Origin: Monocercomonoides exilis PA203
Lineage: Eukaryota; Protista; Preaxostyla
Direction: 5' to 3'
Assembly: GCA_001643675.2 (NCBI GenBank)
Contig: LSRY02000032.1
Span: forward strand, 620,001-684,000
DNA length: 64,000 bases
Shown in pieces: positions 13,138 through 23,961 of this stretch (position 1 is the stretch's first letter; every line of letters starts with the position of its first letter). A program made the position numbers and the translations under genes. The notes beneath the pieces are model-generated. The model did no database searches and was not told the origin of the DNA. It saw only the letters and a list, made by a program, of their open reading frames with translations.

Positions 13138-16100
13138 ATGTCATCAAAAGCAATTGGAAAATCGAATACTCAAGGAGGTAAAAAAGGTTTACAGCAAAAT
13201 CAACAACAAAATTCTCAAAAAAATGGTGAGGGAAGCAAATTAAAACTTTCAGTTGCTCCAGAGCAATGCCCTCAAATGTTTCCTCCAATTTGGAATTTTG
13301 AATCAATTTTTCAAGAAAAGTGGGAAGGAAACGCTCCTCAAGGACTTTTTGAAGATCCATCGGGAATTCCACAACTTCCTCCATCAATATCAAACAGCTT
13401 AAAAGTGGAATGGCTCCGTCCATCAGAACTATTTATGTTTCATACACAAATAGTTGAAGACTCTTCAAAGCAAGAACAATACGCAGCACAATCATCGCAA
13501 TCATCTCACGCTTCAAGCTCTTCAAAGGATAAAAAAGATTCATCAGCGAAACATGCTTCTGAAGCTCCTTCTCAAACAAAATCGTTCACAATTAAAGATT
13601 GGCAACTGGGATCAGGGGAAACGCAAATCGATGGATTTGAAAGAAGAAGAAAGTTTAATATTGAAGATGTGGTTGCTGTGTCTATTCTTCCATCAACACT
13701 TCAAAATCAACAGCAATCACAATTATCTCAGATTCCAACCACTCCATCAACTACAGCTGTTAAGGGTAAAGCAGCAACTTCTCAGCAAGCGCAACAAGCG
13801 CAGCAATCACAAACAACGTTATCAGGCCTCTTGAATTTAGCTCCTTTTAGCCAATCTTCCTCAGACCAGCCATCTCCCGTCACCATTCACTTCACTTCAT
13901 CCCAGCAAGCCACTCAAGAAGGTTGTGTTCTCGAGCCTTGGAAGAATGTTTTGACTTTGATGGCAACAATTTCTCAGCGATCGGAGTCGATGCAATTTTC
14001 ACTCGAGGAAATCATGAAGAAAAAATCAGTTCAGAGCGAAAGTGAGACTTCACCCTCTTCGAAACCTTCAGTGCAAGTTGCAGGAGGCAAAAGCGAAGAA
14101 AAAGCGAAAGGCAAAGCGGGCAACGCAGCAGCGCAAGCAGCTCAGCAGCAGTCGACAGAGCAGCCAGCGAAGGAGAAGCTTGGGATCCGCAGCATTCGCG
14201 AGAAGGAGAAAGTGCCAGACTATTTGTGGTCTTCCATTTACCCACAGAACGAAGACGGAGAGCCGCAGACGACTGCTTCAGGGAAATACGCTGTGAAGCT
14301 CTTTATTGGCGGTGAATGGCGCTGTGTGATTGTGGATGACCGGCTTCCAGTTGTAGCGAGGCCGCTGAAGACAGACGAAGCAGGACAAAACGCTGATGCA
14401 AAGAATCAAATCAGCAGTTCTGATCCATCTGCTTTGCCCTCTGCATTTGGCGGTGATGATCGCCTGACCTCGGCACAGGCAGGTGATTCTGCTGAGAAGA
14501 AGCCGAAGTCTGCCCTTTCGTCTGGTAAAGGGAATCTCCAAGCACAATTCGGCAGCAGCACACCGCGCCAGCCATCTGAGGCGCCTTCTTCTCCATCCAC
14601 CGGAGACAAAGCAGTCACTCTTCTGCTTCCAGTCTGCCTGAACAAACAGTCCAACCGTGTCGAGCTGTGGCCGGCGCTGCTCATCAAAGCGCTGTGCAAA
14701 CTGGCCAGTGGGTCTGAAGAGTCTCTCGTGATGGGCGGTGATTCATCGGTCGTCTCGTGGCTTTGCGGTGTCATTCCACACACAGTCGTTCCAATGCAGA
14801 CGAAAATACCTGCTCCAATTTCTTTCGATCCATCTGTTGCGCTGAATGGTGCAATGTCTCTTCCGCCTTCTCCTTCACAACAACAGGGAAATAACAGTCT
14901 GGGCTCATCTTCCACAACTGCTTGCACTTCTTCTTTTCCTTCGTCTTCGTCAAGTTCTGATGATGCAAATTCCTCACAATCTTCAACAGCTCTTTCTCCC
15001 TGCGACAAAGCAAAGCAGCGTCTTCTGTCTGAACTGAGCAAAACGCCCGAACAGACCGAAAGCGAATGGTGGCAGTTTCTCTCGTCGCTCTTGCTGGGCG
15101 AAGACCCGGCGCTGCCATTGTTTGGTGTGAAGGCGTCGGCAGGAGATTCTCTGTCGTCTGCACCCATTCTGTTCAACTCGTATCTCCACAACTCTCCAAA
15201 ACAGGCAGCTCACATCACACGCCAGATGGTCAGCTCCTGCAGCTCTCCTTCGCCTCAGCCAACATCTTCAGTTGCAAACACATCGGTCGCACCGTCCTGC
15301 TCATCCACACCGATTCCGCAGCACTTTGCGACCCCGATGAAGCCAATCCAGACAACAATCTCAACCCCATTTGCCAATGAGTTCGCCACACCTGCCCATT
15401 CTACAGACCTTCCCCGCACAGCCTCAGTCTCCACTCCTTCAGCGCTGCTGTCGATGGGGCAGCAGAAGCCACTGAACACTGTTGTCTTTGTGAAGAGGCG
15501 CAAGCCAGCAGTGGATGTGAATGAGCCAGGGTATCAGCAGGAGTACGGAGTGTGGAGAGAGGAAGCATTTGAGCCAGTCACATCTCTCCGTCTGCCCGAC
15601 TCTATCACTCAGAACAGCAACAAGGATGCAGATCCATCCAGCGCAAGTGCTTCGACTTCGGCTTCAGCTTCTTCGACTGGAAATGGCATCTCTTCTGCGT
15701 CGAACTCAGCTTCAAGCTCACCTCGCGATGCTTCTCTTTCATCTGCTTCTGCTTCATCCTCATCCTCATCCTCTTCCTCTTCCTCTTCTCAATCTCTTTC
15801 ATCAGCTCAGTCGTCTCAACCAGGCTCCTCTACGAGTCCAACGCCATTCGGTTCCATCGCTTCCTCCTCCTCTTCGTCAGCACTTCCCAAAAACGCTCCC
15901 TTTTCAGCTGCCAATCTTCTGACGGCAAAGACACTCACCACATCTCTTTCACCCGAATATAGCCATTCTGCGCCACCTCTCCTTTTCGCTCGCATCGGCA
16001 GCGATCTCAACCTCCAGCGGGAGGCAGTTATGTTTGGCCTGTCCCCCACCCACCTGCACGCCATCACTGGATCAGCGGTGGTGGAAGGAGAGCAGCTGGT

Positions 16101-19100
16101 GCGGCTGTACTCTCCGTTCTCCAAGTGGCTCGGCCCATTCGGATTCAACGACCGCAGCCACTGGAGCTCAAAAGTGGAAGATCAGCTGGGGGAGGTATTC
16201 TTTGAGAGGAAGTATCCGTCTTCTGTGCCGACACCAGAGCAGATAGAGGAAGAGGTGGAGAGGATATTTGGGAGTGTGGGAGCAGACGGGAAGAGAAGAG
16301 GAGGGGCTGGGGCAGAGGCGGAGGAAGAGAGGGTTGAGCGGACGCTGCGGGAGGAGATAGAGAAGAGAGAGGCAGAGGTGCAGAGGAGGATTGAAGAGGC
16401 AGAGGAAATAGAGAGGAGGAAGAGAGAGGAGGAAGAGATGTATGGATACGATGAGGAAATGGAAGAAGAAGAGGAGGAGGAAGGAGAGAATTCGAATGAG
16501 GAAGAGAAGAAACCAGAAAGCACCAAGGAAGAAGAGACGCAAGAGCAGATCGAAGAGAAGAAAAAACTGCAGAGCATTTCCTCGTTTGAGTTCCGAGGTG
16601 TGTTTGATCGGTTGGACGTGGTGCAGCGGCAGACTGTGAAGAAGCTGATCCAAAAACTGCAAGGGATTGTGATACCGCCACGTTCAAAGATGCCACAGTA
16701 CGACTTCGATGATGATGAAGACGGGGAAGGGTTTGACCGATTGGATGAGGACTTTGAGGAAGAAGCAGGGCAGCCGAGTGGAAGAGAGAGCGAGCGGAGA
16801 CTGCTGCGGGAGATGGACGAAGAGGTCGATGGAGAGCTGTCTTCAGACAGTTCCAGGCGATTCAATGAAAGCGAAGAAGAGGACGAGTATCCACCGCCTG
16901 TGATCCCCAAATGTGCACTTGATCCCATTGTGTTTGAAGACCCCAGCGATAAGCACACCTTCTGGATGCCATGGAAGATGTTCATACGCTTTTTCAGAGA
17001 GTGGGATCTCTTCCATCTTCAGCCGACGCTCTCTTCAATGTCGTCGCAGACTGAAAACATGAAGCAATTAAGTGCTTCTTCATCATCCTCATCCTCATCA
17101 TCGTTATCTTCCTCCTCTTCCTCGTCTTCATTATCTTCCTCTGACACATCAGCTGCTTCTTCTTCACAGTCTTCTTTGCAGGCAGCCATCACACATCCCA
17201 CATCTCTCGTGTCTCTGTTCTCCTCTGAGCTTCCATTCATCCCGTCGACTGCAGACGCAGCAGCCATTGCAAAGAAGAGCATTTCTTCAGCTCCTTCTCC
17301 TCTTCTGCCGGGTTCTGCTTCAACAGAAGATGGACAGCAGGAACAAGGAAGAGTGATCACGTTTGTGAAGACTACAACTCCTGTTCAGAACGAATATGAG
17401 AGTTCGAACGCAGAGAAAGAGAAGGAGAAGGAGAAAGAAGGAGAGAAAACAAAGGAGCCAAGCAAAGGCACAAAGGGAAAAGCAGGCGAAAGAAAGTCCC
17501 AAGCAGACAAAGGCAACACACAGAACGAACCATCCAACATGTCTTCTTCATCATCATCCACATCCTTAGGACTTCTTTCCTCTTCCCAGCAAGCCACACA
17601 AAAGATCCCTTATCCCTCGCCACTGCCTGCTGCCATCGAATCCTACCCGCCCGACGAGCAGGCCAAAGTCGTGCGCTATCTGCGCCGCACTGCCGCCACC
17701 AACTTCCACCCGCTCACCCGCATGCAGATACTCACCTATGGCGAGTGGTTCAACCCAGCCATGGCTCCTCTTGCTCCACCAAGTGTGTCTGCCTCTGCTG
17801 ACTCGTCTGCATTTGCCTCGTCTGCTGTTGGCAGCAACCCTGGCTGGTGTTCTGGCTCAGGCGCTGCCATCGCCACGGGGCTGATGACTGCTGAGAACTC
17901 GAAGCCTGCTGCAGCAGAAGCCAATACGAAGGGCAAAGCAGCAGATGCCCAGGCACAGCAGCAAGACTCATCTGTTTTTTCGCCTCGCACAAATCCCTGT
18001 GAAGCTATCCAACTTGCAGTGCAATCGTCGTCTGCTAAGACACGATATGTGCTTATTACACTCGAAGCAGTCGGTGCTGCAGGTCCGATGCCGTTCCAGT
18101 CGCCACTTCCTGTGCATCCATCACGACTAGAAGAGAATGAGACAGAGTTGGGGAATGCAGATGAAAGCAATGTGAGGCCAACACCACTGGGATCGCCTTC
18201 AGGAATGGCAAGTACGAATGCAAATGCAAACGCAAACACAAATCAGAATGCGAATAGACTCCCCAGCAGAACAGACGGTGCAACTGGGAAGAAAGCAGCA
18301 GCCTCGTCTTCACAAGCAAGCTCATCGGCATCAGCGTCATCATCATCATCATCATCATCATCTTCTTCTTCTTCAGGATCGAATGACGAAGCAGGATCAG
18401 CTCCTCTTTCTTTGCCATCAGCACTTTCTGTCTCTCTGTCTCAAAAGACCACTCTGACTGTGCTTCATGTGCCGTCCTGGGAAGACCCGCCATCGTCCTA
18501 TCAGCCTGTTCTGTGTCTGTCAACAACGAGAATAAACTCAGCATGGCTGGTGATTCCACCATCGCCTGTGAATACATGCAGCACAGCTTCTGCCAATGGT
18601 TCAGCTGGATCTCAGCAGTCACCGTCTCAGGCAGCAGGATTTGCAGCACAATCTCCATCATCTTCTTCTTATTCTGCTTGCCAGCCATTAAACATACCAA
18701 CTCCTTCTTCTTCTTCTTCAATCTCCTCTTCCTCTTCCTCATCATCTTCTTCTTCAACTGTACCACCAAACGCAAAGCCAATCTTCAATCTGTATGAACT
18801 GCATGTTGATGCGCCGCGTGGTTATCGCATCAGTGTCAGCTGTTCACCTGACATCAACGTCACTCTCACACCCGCTGCCCACTTCATCCCCGCCCTCAAC
18901 CCACAAAGTGCATCTAACTCTGCAATGCACAGCCGAATATCCTCTTTGCTTGATTCTCCATCTCCTTCTGCCTCAACTGCCCCATCTCCTCTGTCAAACG
19001 TCCCTCAGCCACTGCAGAGTGACATGGCAGCTGCACAGCAGACAAACGGACAGCCTTCCTCAAGCTATGCCTCACGAAGATGCTCTTCTCTTTCGAAGTT

Positions 19101-22100
19101 TTCATCAACAGCAGATGGAAGCGACAGCTCATATTCACAAAGTCAACAGCAGCAGTCACAGTCGCAGAACTCATCTCCTGTCTCACTGCCACAAGTGTTT
19201 GTTGCTCAGTTTGAGAGAGAAAGCATTCCACTTAACGATTCTTCTTCCTCTTCCTCTTCTGCTTCTGAACAAGCAAGCAGCATATCTCCTTCCACGTGCA
19301 CTCAAAGATACCACGGCCAGCTGCGGAATAAAAGCGCACTACAATCGATGTTACCTCCACCTCCCCCACCTGTTCCCTTGTCGAAGTACCCGTTGGTCTG
19401 CCTGTCTGCCTCGCCTGTTCTGTTTGAGCGTGTATTTGGAGTGGACTCATATTCCGCAATTATTCCATTCAAAGCACTTTCTCTTGAAGACGAGGCAGCT
19501 GCAATGAAGGCCCAAATAGACACGCACCCTCTTTCACAGTCACTGGCTGCTTTGGGCATCACAGACAGCCCTGATGGACTCACTCCTTCTGTTGCTGCAC
19601 TCTCTCCATTGGTATCTTCACTGCTTTTGAAAGGCCAACTTCCGCCAGTTATATCAAAGCAGCTGCTTCGTGCGATGGTTTTGTTCCCTCCTCCGCCTCT
19701 TCCTTCTTCCGATGAGTGTCCTCTTGGCTCAATTGACCAGTCCGCATCAACACCCTCTGCAAATGGTGCTTCTCAGACAGCTCTGCAGAGCAAAGGCAAA
19801 ACCTTTGCGAACTGCCCACTTTCTTCTCTCCCATCTGGTTCTCTGCGGGGCGTGTTCCATCTGCTGTGCCCTTCAATCCCTGTTCTCCACAACTGGCTGA
19901 GCATGTCAATTATGACTCCAGGATTAGCCTCTGTCCGCCCGATCATGCCTCATTTGATTGTTGGAGTTAGCGATGCACAGCAAGCACAGTCCGCCTCATC
20001 ATCATCATCATCATCATCATCTGCTTCTTCTGCTTCTTCTTCAGCATCATCGCTACCAACAAGCTCTAATAATTCAGATACAGCTCCTCCTCTCTACAAC
20101 CCAACAGTCACTTCAGCTGGCGCAATGGTTGGCTCAATGTCTAATCTATCACTGCGCACATCTCAACAAGGGCACAGCAGCTCTTTCTTCGGTAACGAGT
20201 CAGCGTCTGTTGTTTCATTGAAGATGAAGAGGCCTTCCTTTGCTGTGCCATCTTCTGTTGTTCCGACGTCGACTCTGCCATTCCCGCTTTTCCCGTCGAA
20301 GGACTGGTGCGTTATCAACAACACACTCGGAAATCGCTCTTCTCTGATTCAGCTGAAAGGATCAGAGTTTCCAATTGTGAGTGTTGCTCTCAACATCCCA
20401 ACAGCACTTTTCCCGTTGGTCTCTGCAATATCAAAAAGTGAGGCAATGATCAGCTCACTCTCTAATCCGTATGACATCGTGCAGGGCTATGGAAAGCAAT
20501 TATCACAGCAGCAGCTCATTCCATCCTTCTTCCCGGATGCCCATCCATTCGATGCGGCAGGAGTCATTCCAGAAGGAAACCTCATCATGCGGTTGTTTGT
20601 GAAGGCACCACCGCCACCGCCTCCACTTCCTCCGATAAACACTGGAAGAACACCCAGATTCCCCGCAGGGATTGTTGGAGGTGCAGCAAAGCCAAAGGAA
20701 GGAGCACTCACTGCTGCCCCTGCTGCTGGGGCAGCAAATGTACCTGCACCACTGTCAGCCACAAAGATGGTGAGTTCGCTCTATGGAATGAAAGGAGGCA
20801 AAAGCTCTGTCTACAGAGGAGGTCTTCAGGATCCTTCTGAGGCACAGATGAATGAAGTGTATCCACCAGATATCATCCCTAGTCTGGTTGAGGTGATGTC
20901 TCTTCCTTGCTGCGAAGACTACACACCTCAGGCGACAATATCTGATACACCAATACAAATGGCAACTGCACCTGCTCAGCAGAATCCAGCTGCAACAGGC
21001 ACAAAAGGAGCAGCAAAGGAAGAGAAAGGGAAAGATGCACAACAACAGCAACAGCAGCAGCAATCGCAGAGCGAAGATAATGCTCGTTTCAAGCTGATTC
21101 CGCAGTTTTCGCAGTCTGGCTGCTTTATTTCTCGTTCTGGTACACTTCCATTCAATGTGACTGATGAGTTCGAAAGAAAACCAGTCGAAGACGATCCAAT
21201 GGCATCTCAATCAGCATCAGCTGCTTCTCCTTCTGCTGCTGCCACTTCTTCTTCTTCTTCTTCTTCTGGATCTTTTTCAACATCTGTGTCACCTCAACAG
21301 TCAGATGTTGATGTATCTCGTGATGGAGCAGACATCTTGTTCCGCTTTGCCATTCAGGGTGTTGCACAGACACAGCCAGCTTCATCTGCATCATCATCTT
21401 CAGATGAATCAAGTGCAGCAACGCCAACTTTCCCACAGAACATTTCATTAATGGCAATGGAGCTAAGAACACTCTGCCCAGATCTGGAGCTTGCGCTGAC
21501 GATTTATGTGAAGGAGCCCCAGATGAAATCAAAGGAAGCCAAACACATGCTGAAGCAGATGAAGTCTACAGGTTTGATCACAATTGTTGATGACCCCGCC
21601 CACGTCGCTTCCTTATCCCCCGCGTTTGTTTCTCCTGTTCCATCTCCCAGTCCTTCCTCCTCTTTAATTTCTTCCTCTCAAACATCAAACAGCGCCTCTC
21701 GTTCTGTCACTATTCCACTGCACACATTCCACCCACGTGTCAGCGGAGGCATTGGGCTGCTTGGGCGCCACGAGCCACAGCCGCTTCCAGGTTATATTCC
21801 TGTCTACTCTTCAATTGATCTCGGGTCAGTGCGCATTCCTGCCTTGCTCCTCCGCACCAAGCTCGAAATGCCGCAATCACAACAGAGCGAAGAAGAGGCA
21901 GCTCGAAAGCTGACTGAGGAAGCTGGTGCACAGCAGCAGAATTCAACGGCCACTGGAGCAACAACTGGCTCAAAGGGAACATCAAAGAAAGGCGCATCAA
22001 AGGAGGAAAAAGGATCAAAAGCAGGGCAAAAGGAGCAATCAAAGAAAGACAGCTCAGATAAAAACGACGAAAATGCCAACGAAAATGAACTTCGTGGAGA

Positions 22101-23961
22101 TGTCAATGATCTTTCCAGACTGATCTATCTGATTGAAGGAAGGATTCTATCGCCAATTCCTGCACCATACATTGATCACATTCTCAGCATCAGGAAAACA
22201 ACAATGGAAAGACTGAGAGAAAGAGAGTTGGAAAGCAAAGCCAACAGTGGAGAAGAAGAAAAAGAACAACAGAAAGAAGCACCAAAGGATAAATCCAAAA
22301 CGCCAAAGGACAAAGCAAAGCCAGGCTCAGCTGGAACAAGCGTGAGAGGAGGAACCAGCTCAGCCAGCACATCCAACTTGATTGGCAGTGTAGCCAATCC
22401 AGCGTCTCTTCTGACTCCTCTTTCGCTGCCGTGGAGGATGGACATTGTGTCTTCGCAGCCGATTGTCGCTGCCGATGTATCTATTTGGGCAGATGCACTG
22501 CAGAAGGCGAAGACCCGCTGGGCACAAGTGTCGTCTAATGGATGGTCGAGCGCGCTTCTTGCCTTCCACGAGAACGAAAGGACAGACGCCGATCTCAATG
22601 CACTTCTTCAAAGGAAGATCGAGCAGATGGAGCAGATTGCTGCGGAGGCGGAGAGAGAGAAGAAAGAGAAGGAAGCAGCAGCAGCAGAAGCTTCAGGCAA
22701 AAAAGAAACGAAAGGAGGAAAGGCATCTGAAAAAGCTGGAGCTTCTGGGAAAGAAAAGAGCGGAAAGGACAAAGGAAATGCAAGCGAGCAAGCTGAAAAG
22801 GAAGAAACGAGTCAAGTTAAAGACTATGCATTTGGTCCACTTCTTCTGCCAGAAGACGAAGCGCCTCGAATGAACAGGGCACACGCAGCAAGAGAAATGT
22901 TCCTGCAATCATTGTCATCGATGCATTCACGCTTCACAAAGGACGATGTGGAAGAAGACTACACACAATTCACTTCTTCCCTGCTGTCAACAGGAGCTGA
23001 GATGAAGCCTACTTACCAGAAGCTGCTGTCGAGGCTGCCTCTGCTCGAAGCAATGGCAGACCAGAAAGACCAAGCAAACAGCACAGGTGCAACTGGAAAG
23101 AATGCAGGGAAGGGAGAGAAAGGCGATGCAAAGTCAGGAAAAGCAGCAGGTGCTTCCACAAAAGGAGGAGACAAATCGGGAGCTGGATCTTCAGATTCAA
23201 GCGGTTTATCGACAGAAAATGCAGATGTTGCATTCGAAGAGGTTCGCAAGAGTTTGATTCAGCTTCCTCTTCCTCCACCTCCTGTTGTGATCAGGAGATA
23301 TCGCAAAGAGATATCCACAGAAGAAACAGTTATTGAAAATGGGATGGACTACCTTCAACAAGAGTTTTCATCCAAACTGCAGAAAGCAAGAGTTCTTGCA
23401 GAAGAATCCCAAGCCGCACAAGCAGAGCAACCAGCTCCTCTTCCACTTCCCGCAAGTCCTCTCAATACAAAAGGAAAAGCTTCCTCACAATCGTCTTCTT
23501 CTTCTTCTTCTTCTTCTTCTTCAGCAGGAAATGGCACCCAGCGGACTGTTTCGTCTCTTGCTGATTCGCCTTCTGAATCAGCCTCACAGAATGCGTTTAA
23601 GAGCATTGACGAAGCTATTGCATTTGTGGGAGACAAAGGAAGAATTCCTCTTCCATCATTCACAGAAGAAGAAGCACAGCTGTTCAGTGGACCACTACTT
23701 CCAGTGCTGCAGACACCTCTTTTCAGAGAAGAGAACGAGACTTCGACAACATCAGTTTTGGAGGGAATGAAGGCAAAGCACATCCGCACGATGAAAAGGA
23801 TCAGCGCAGAGGAAGAGGAAAGAGTTGCACAGATGAGGCCGCTGAGAGAGGCGACATTTAAACAGTTTGCGAAGGAAAGAACAGCACAGTGGCAGAAGAT
23901 TCTTCAGGCGCGAAAGGAAGAAGAAGCAAAGCAGTCTACAGAAGAGGCTGCAGCCTCATGA
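13138..23961 (+). CDS. ADGB: Androglobin-like giant protein (about 3607 aa, no introns) with a catalytically degenerate calpain (CysPc) domain
   Basis: N-terminal FPPIWN..EKWE..FEDPSG.PQLPPS..WLRP, SGKYAVKLFIGGEWRCVIVDDRLP and LLLP..ELWPALLIKALCKLA resemble androglobin. Calpain IIb-like blocks THLHAIT..LVRLYSPF..W.GPF and FWMPWKMFIRFF follow. C-terminal WRMDIVS..ALQKAKTRW..RAHAAREMFL resembles the ADGB C-terminal block. First ATG is 13138. Confidence 0.75.
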   Translation: MSSKAIGKSNTQGGKKGLQQNQQQNSQKNGEGSKLKLSVAPEQCPQMFPPIWNFESIFQEKWEGNAPQGLFEDPSGIPQLPPSISNSLKVEWLRPSELFMFHTQIVEDSSKQEQYAAQSSQSSHASSSSKDKKDSSAKHASEAPSQTKSFTIKDWQLGSGETQIDGFERRRKFNIEDVVAVSILPSTLQNQQQSQLSQIPTTPSTTAVKGKAATSQQAQQAQQSQTTLSGLLNLAPFSQSSSDQPSPVTIHFTSSQQATQEGCVLEPWKNVLTLMATISQRSESMQFSLEEIMKKKSVQSESETSPSSKPSVQVAGGKSEEKAKGKAGNAAAQAAQQQSTEQPAKEKLGIRSIREKEKVPDYLWSSIYPQNEDGEPQTTASGKYAVKLFIGGEWRCVIVDDRLPVVARPLKTDEAGQNADAKNQISSSDPSALPSAFGGDDRLTSAQAGDSAEKKPKSALSSGKGNLQAQFGSSTPRQPSEAPSSPSTGDKAVTLLLPVCLNKQSNRVELWPALLIKALCKLASGSEESLVMGGDSSVVSWLCGVIPHTVVPMQTKIPAPISFDPSVALNGAMSLPPSPSQQQGNNSLGSSSTTACTSSFPSSSSSSDDANSSQSSTALSPCDKAKQRLLSELSKTPEQTESEWWQFLSSLLLGEDPALPLFGVKASAGDSLSSAPILFNSYLHNSPKQAAHITRQMVSSCSSPSPQPTSSVANTSVAPSCSSTPIPQHFATPMKPIQTTISTPFANEFATPAHSTDLPRTASVSTPSALLSMGQQKPLNTVVFVKRRKPAVDVNEPGYQQEYGVWREEAFEPVTSLRLPDSITQNSNKDADPSSASASTSASASSTGNGISSASNSASSSPRDASLSSASASSSSSSSSSSSSQSLSSAQSSQPGSSTSPTPFGSIASSSSSSALPKNAPFSAANLLTAKTLTTSLSPEYSHSAPPLLFARIGSDLNLQREAVMFGLSPTHLHAITGSAVVEGEQLVRLYSPFSKWLGPFGFNDRSHWSSKVEDQLGEVFFERKYPSSVPTPEQIEEEVERIFGSVGADGKRRGGAGAEAEEERVERTLREEIEKREAEVQRRIEEAEEIERRKREEEEMYGYDEEMEEEEEEEGENSNEEEKKPESTKEEETQEQIEEKKKLQSISSFEFRGVFDRLDVVQRQTVKKLIQKLQGIVIPPRSKMPQYDFDDDEDGEGFDRLDEDFEEEAGQPSGRESERRLLREMDEEVDGELSSDSSRRFNESEEEDEYPPPVIPKCALDPIVFEDPSDKHTFWMPWKMFIRFFREWDLFHLQPTLSSMSSQTENMKQLSASSSSSSSSSLSSSSSSSSLSSSDTSAASSSQSSLQAAITHPTSLVSLFSSELPFIPSTADAAAIAKKSISSAPSPLLPGSASTEDGQQEQGRVITFVKTTTPVQNEYESSNAEKEKEKEKEGEKTKEPSKGTKGKAGERKSQADKGNTQNEPSNMSSSSSSTSLGLLSSSQQATQKIPYPSPLPAAIESYPPDEQAKVVRYLRRTAATNFHPLTRMQILTYGEWFNPAMAPLAPPSVSASADSSAFASSAVGSNPGWCSGSGAAIATGLMTAENSKPAAAEANTKGKAADAQAQQQDSSVFSPRTNPCEAIQLAVQSSSAKTRYVLITLEAVGAAGPMPFQSPLPVHPSRLEENETELGNADESNVRPTPLGSPSGMASTNANANANTNQNANRLPSRTDGATGKKAAASSSQASSSASASSSSSSSSSSSSSGSNDEAGSAPLSLPSALSVSLSQKTTLTVLHVPSWEDPPSSYQPVLCLSTTRINSAWLVIPPSPVNTCSTASANGSAGSQQSPSQAAGFAAQSPSSSSYSACQPLNIPTPSSSSSISSSSSSSSSSSTVPPNAKPIFNLYELHVDAPRGYRISVSCSPDINVTLTPAAHFIPALNPQSASNSAMHSRISSLLDSPSPSASTAPSPLSNVPQPLQSDMAAAQQTNGQPSSSYASRRCSSLSKFSSTADGSDSSYSQSQQQQSQSQNSSPVSLPQVFVAQFERESIPLNDSSSSSSSASEQASSISPSTCTQRYHGQLRNKSALQSMLPPPPPPVPLSKYPLVCLSASPVLFERVFGVDSYSAIIPFKALSLEDEAAAMKAQIDTHPLSQSLAALGITDSPDGLTPSVAALSPLVSSLLLKGQLPPVISKQLLRAMVLFPPPPLPSSDECPLGSIDQSASTPSANGASQTALQSKGKTFANCPLSSLPSGSLRGVFHLLCPSIPVLHNWLSMSIMTPGLASVRPIMPHLIVGVSDAQQAQSASSSSSSSSSASSASSSASSLPTSSNNSDTAPPLYNPTVTSAGAMVGSMSNLSLRTSQQGHSSSFFGNESASVVSLKMKRPSFAVPSSVVPTSTLPFPLFPSKDWCVINNTLGNRSSLIQLKGSEFPIVSVALNIPTALFPLVSAISKSEAMISSLSNPYDIVQGYGKQLSQQQLIPSFFPDAHPFDAAGVIPEGNLIMRLFVKAPPPPPPLPPINTGRTPRFPAGIVGGAAKPKEGALTAAPAAGAANVPAPLSATKMVSSLYGMKGGKSSVYRGGLQDPSEAQMNEVYPPDIIPSLVEVMSLPCCEDYTPQATISDTPIQMATAPAQQNPAATGTKGAAKEEKGKDAQQQQQQQQSQSEDNARFKLIPQFSQSGCFISRSGTLPFNVTDEFERKPVEDDPMASQSASAASPSAAATSSSSSSSGSFSTSVSPQQSDVDVSRDGADILFRFAIQGVAQTQPASSASSSSDESSAATPTFPQNISLMAMELRTLCPDLELALTIYVKEPQMKSKEAKHMLKQMKSTGLITIVDDPAHVASLSPAFVSPVPSPSPSSSLISSSQTSNSASRSVTIPLHTFHPRVSGGIGLLGRHEPQPLPGYIPVYSSIDLGSVRIPALLLRTKLEMPQSQQSEEEAARKLTEEAGAQQQNSTATGATTGSKGTSKKGASKEEKGSKAGQKEQSKKDSSDKNDENANENELRGDVNDLSRLIYLIEGRILSPIPAPYIDHILSIRKTTMERLRERELESKANSGEEEKEQQKEAPKDKSKTPKDKAKPGSAGTSVRGGTSSASTSNLIGSVANPASLLTPLSLPWRMDIVSSQPIVAADVSIWADALQKAKTRWAQVSSNGWSSALLAFHENERTDADLNALLQRKIEQMEQIAAEAEREKKEKEAAAAEASGKKETKGGKASEKAGASGKEKSGKDKGNASEQAEKEETSQVKDYAFGPLLLPEDEAPRMNRAHAAREMFLQSLSSMHSRFTKDDVEEDYTQFTSSLLSTGAEMKPTYQKLLSRLPLLEAMADQKDQANSTGATGKNAGKGEKGDAKSGKAAGASTKGGDKSGAGSSDSSGLSTENADVAFEEVRKSLIQLPLPPPPVVIRRYRKEISTEETVIENGMDYLQQEFSSKLQKARVLAEESQAAQAEQPAPLPLPASPLNTKGKASSQSSSSSSSSSSSAGNGTQRTVSSLADSPSESASQNAFKSIDEAIAFVGDKGRIPLPSFTEEEAQLFSGPLLPVLQTPLFREENETSTTSVLEGMKAKHIRTMKRISAEEEERVAQMRPLREATFKQFAKERTAQWQKILQARKEEEAKQSTEEAAAS

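Noticed and set aside
13046-23789. Many overlapping antisense and alternate-frame ORFs within the long genes (also 40900-50800 and 55100-62300)
   Set aside because: They are shadows of Ser/Glu/Gln codon repeats, with no independent domain signal.
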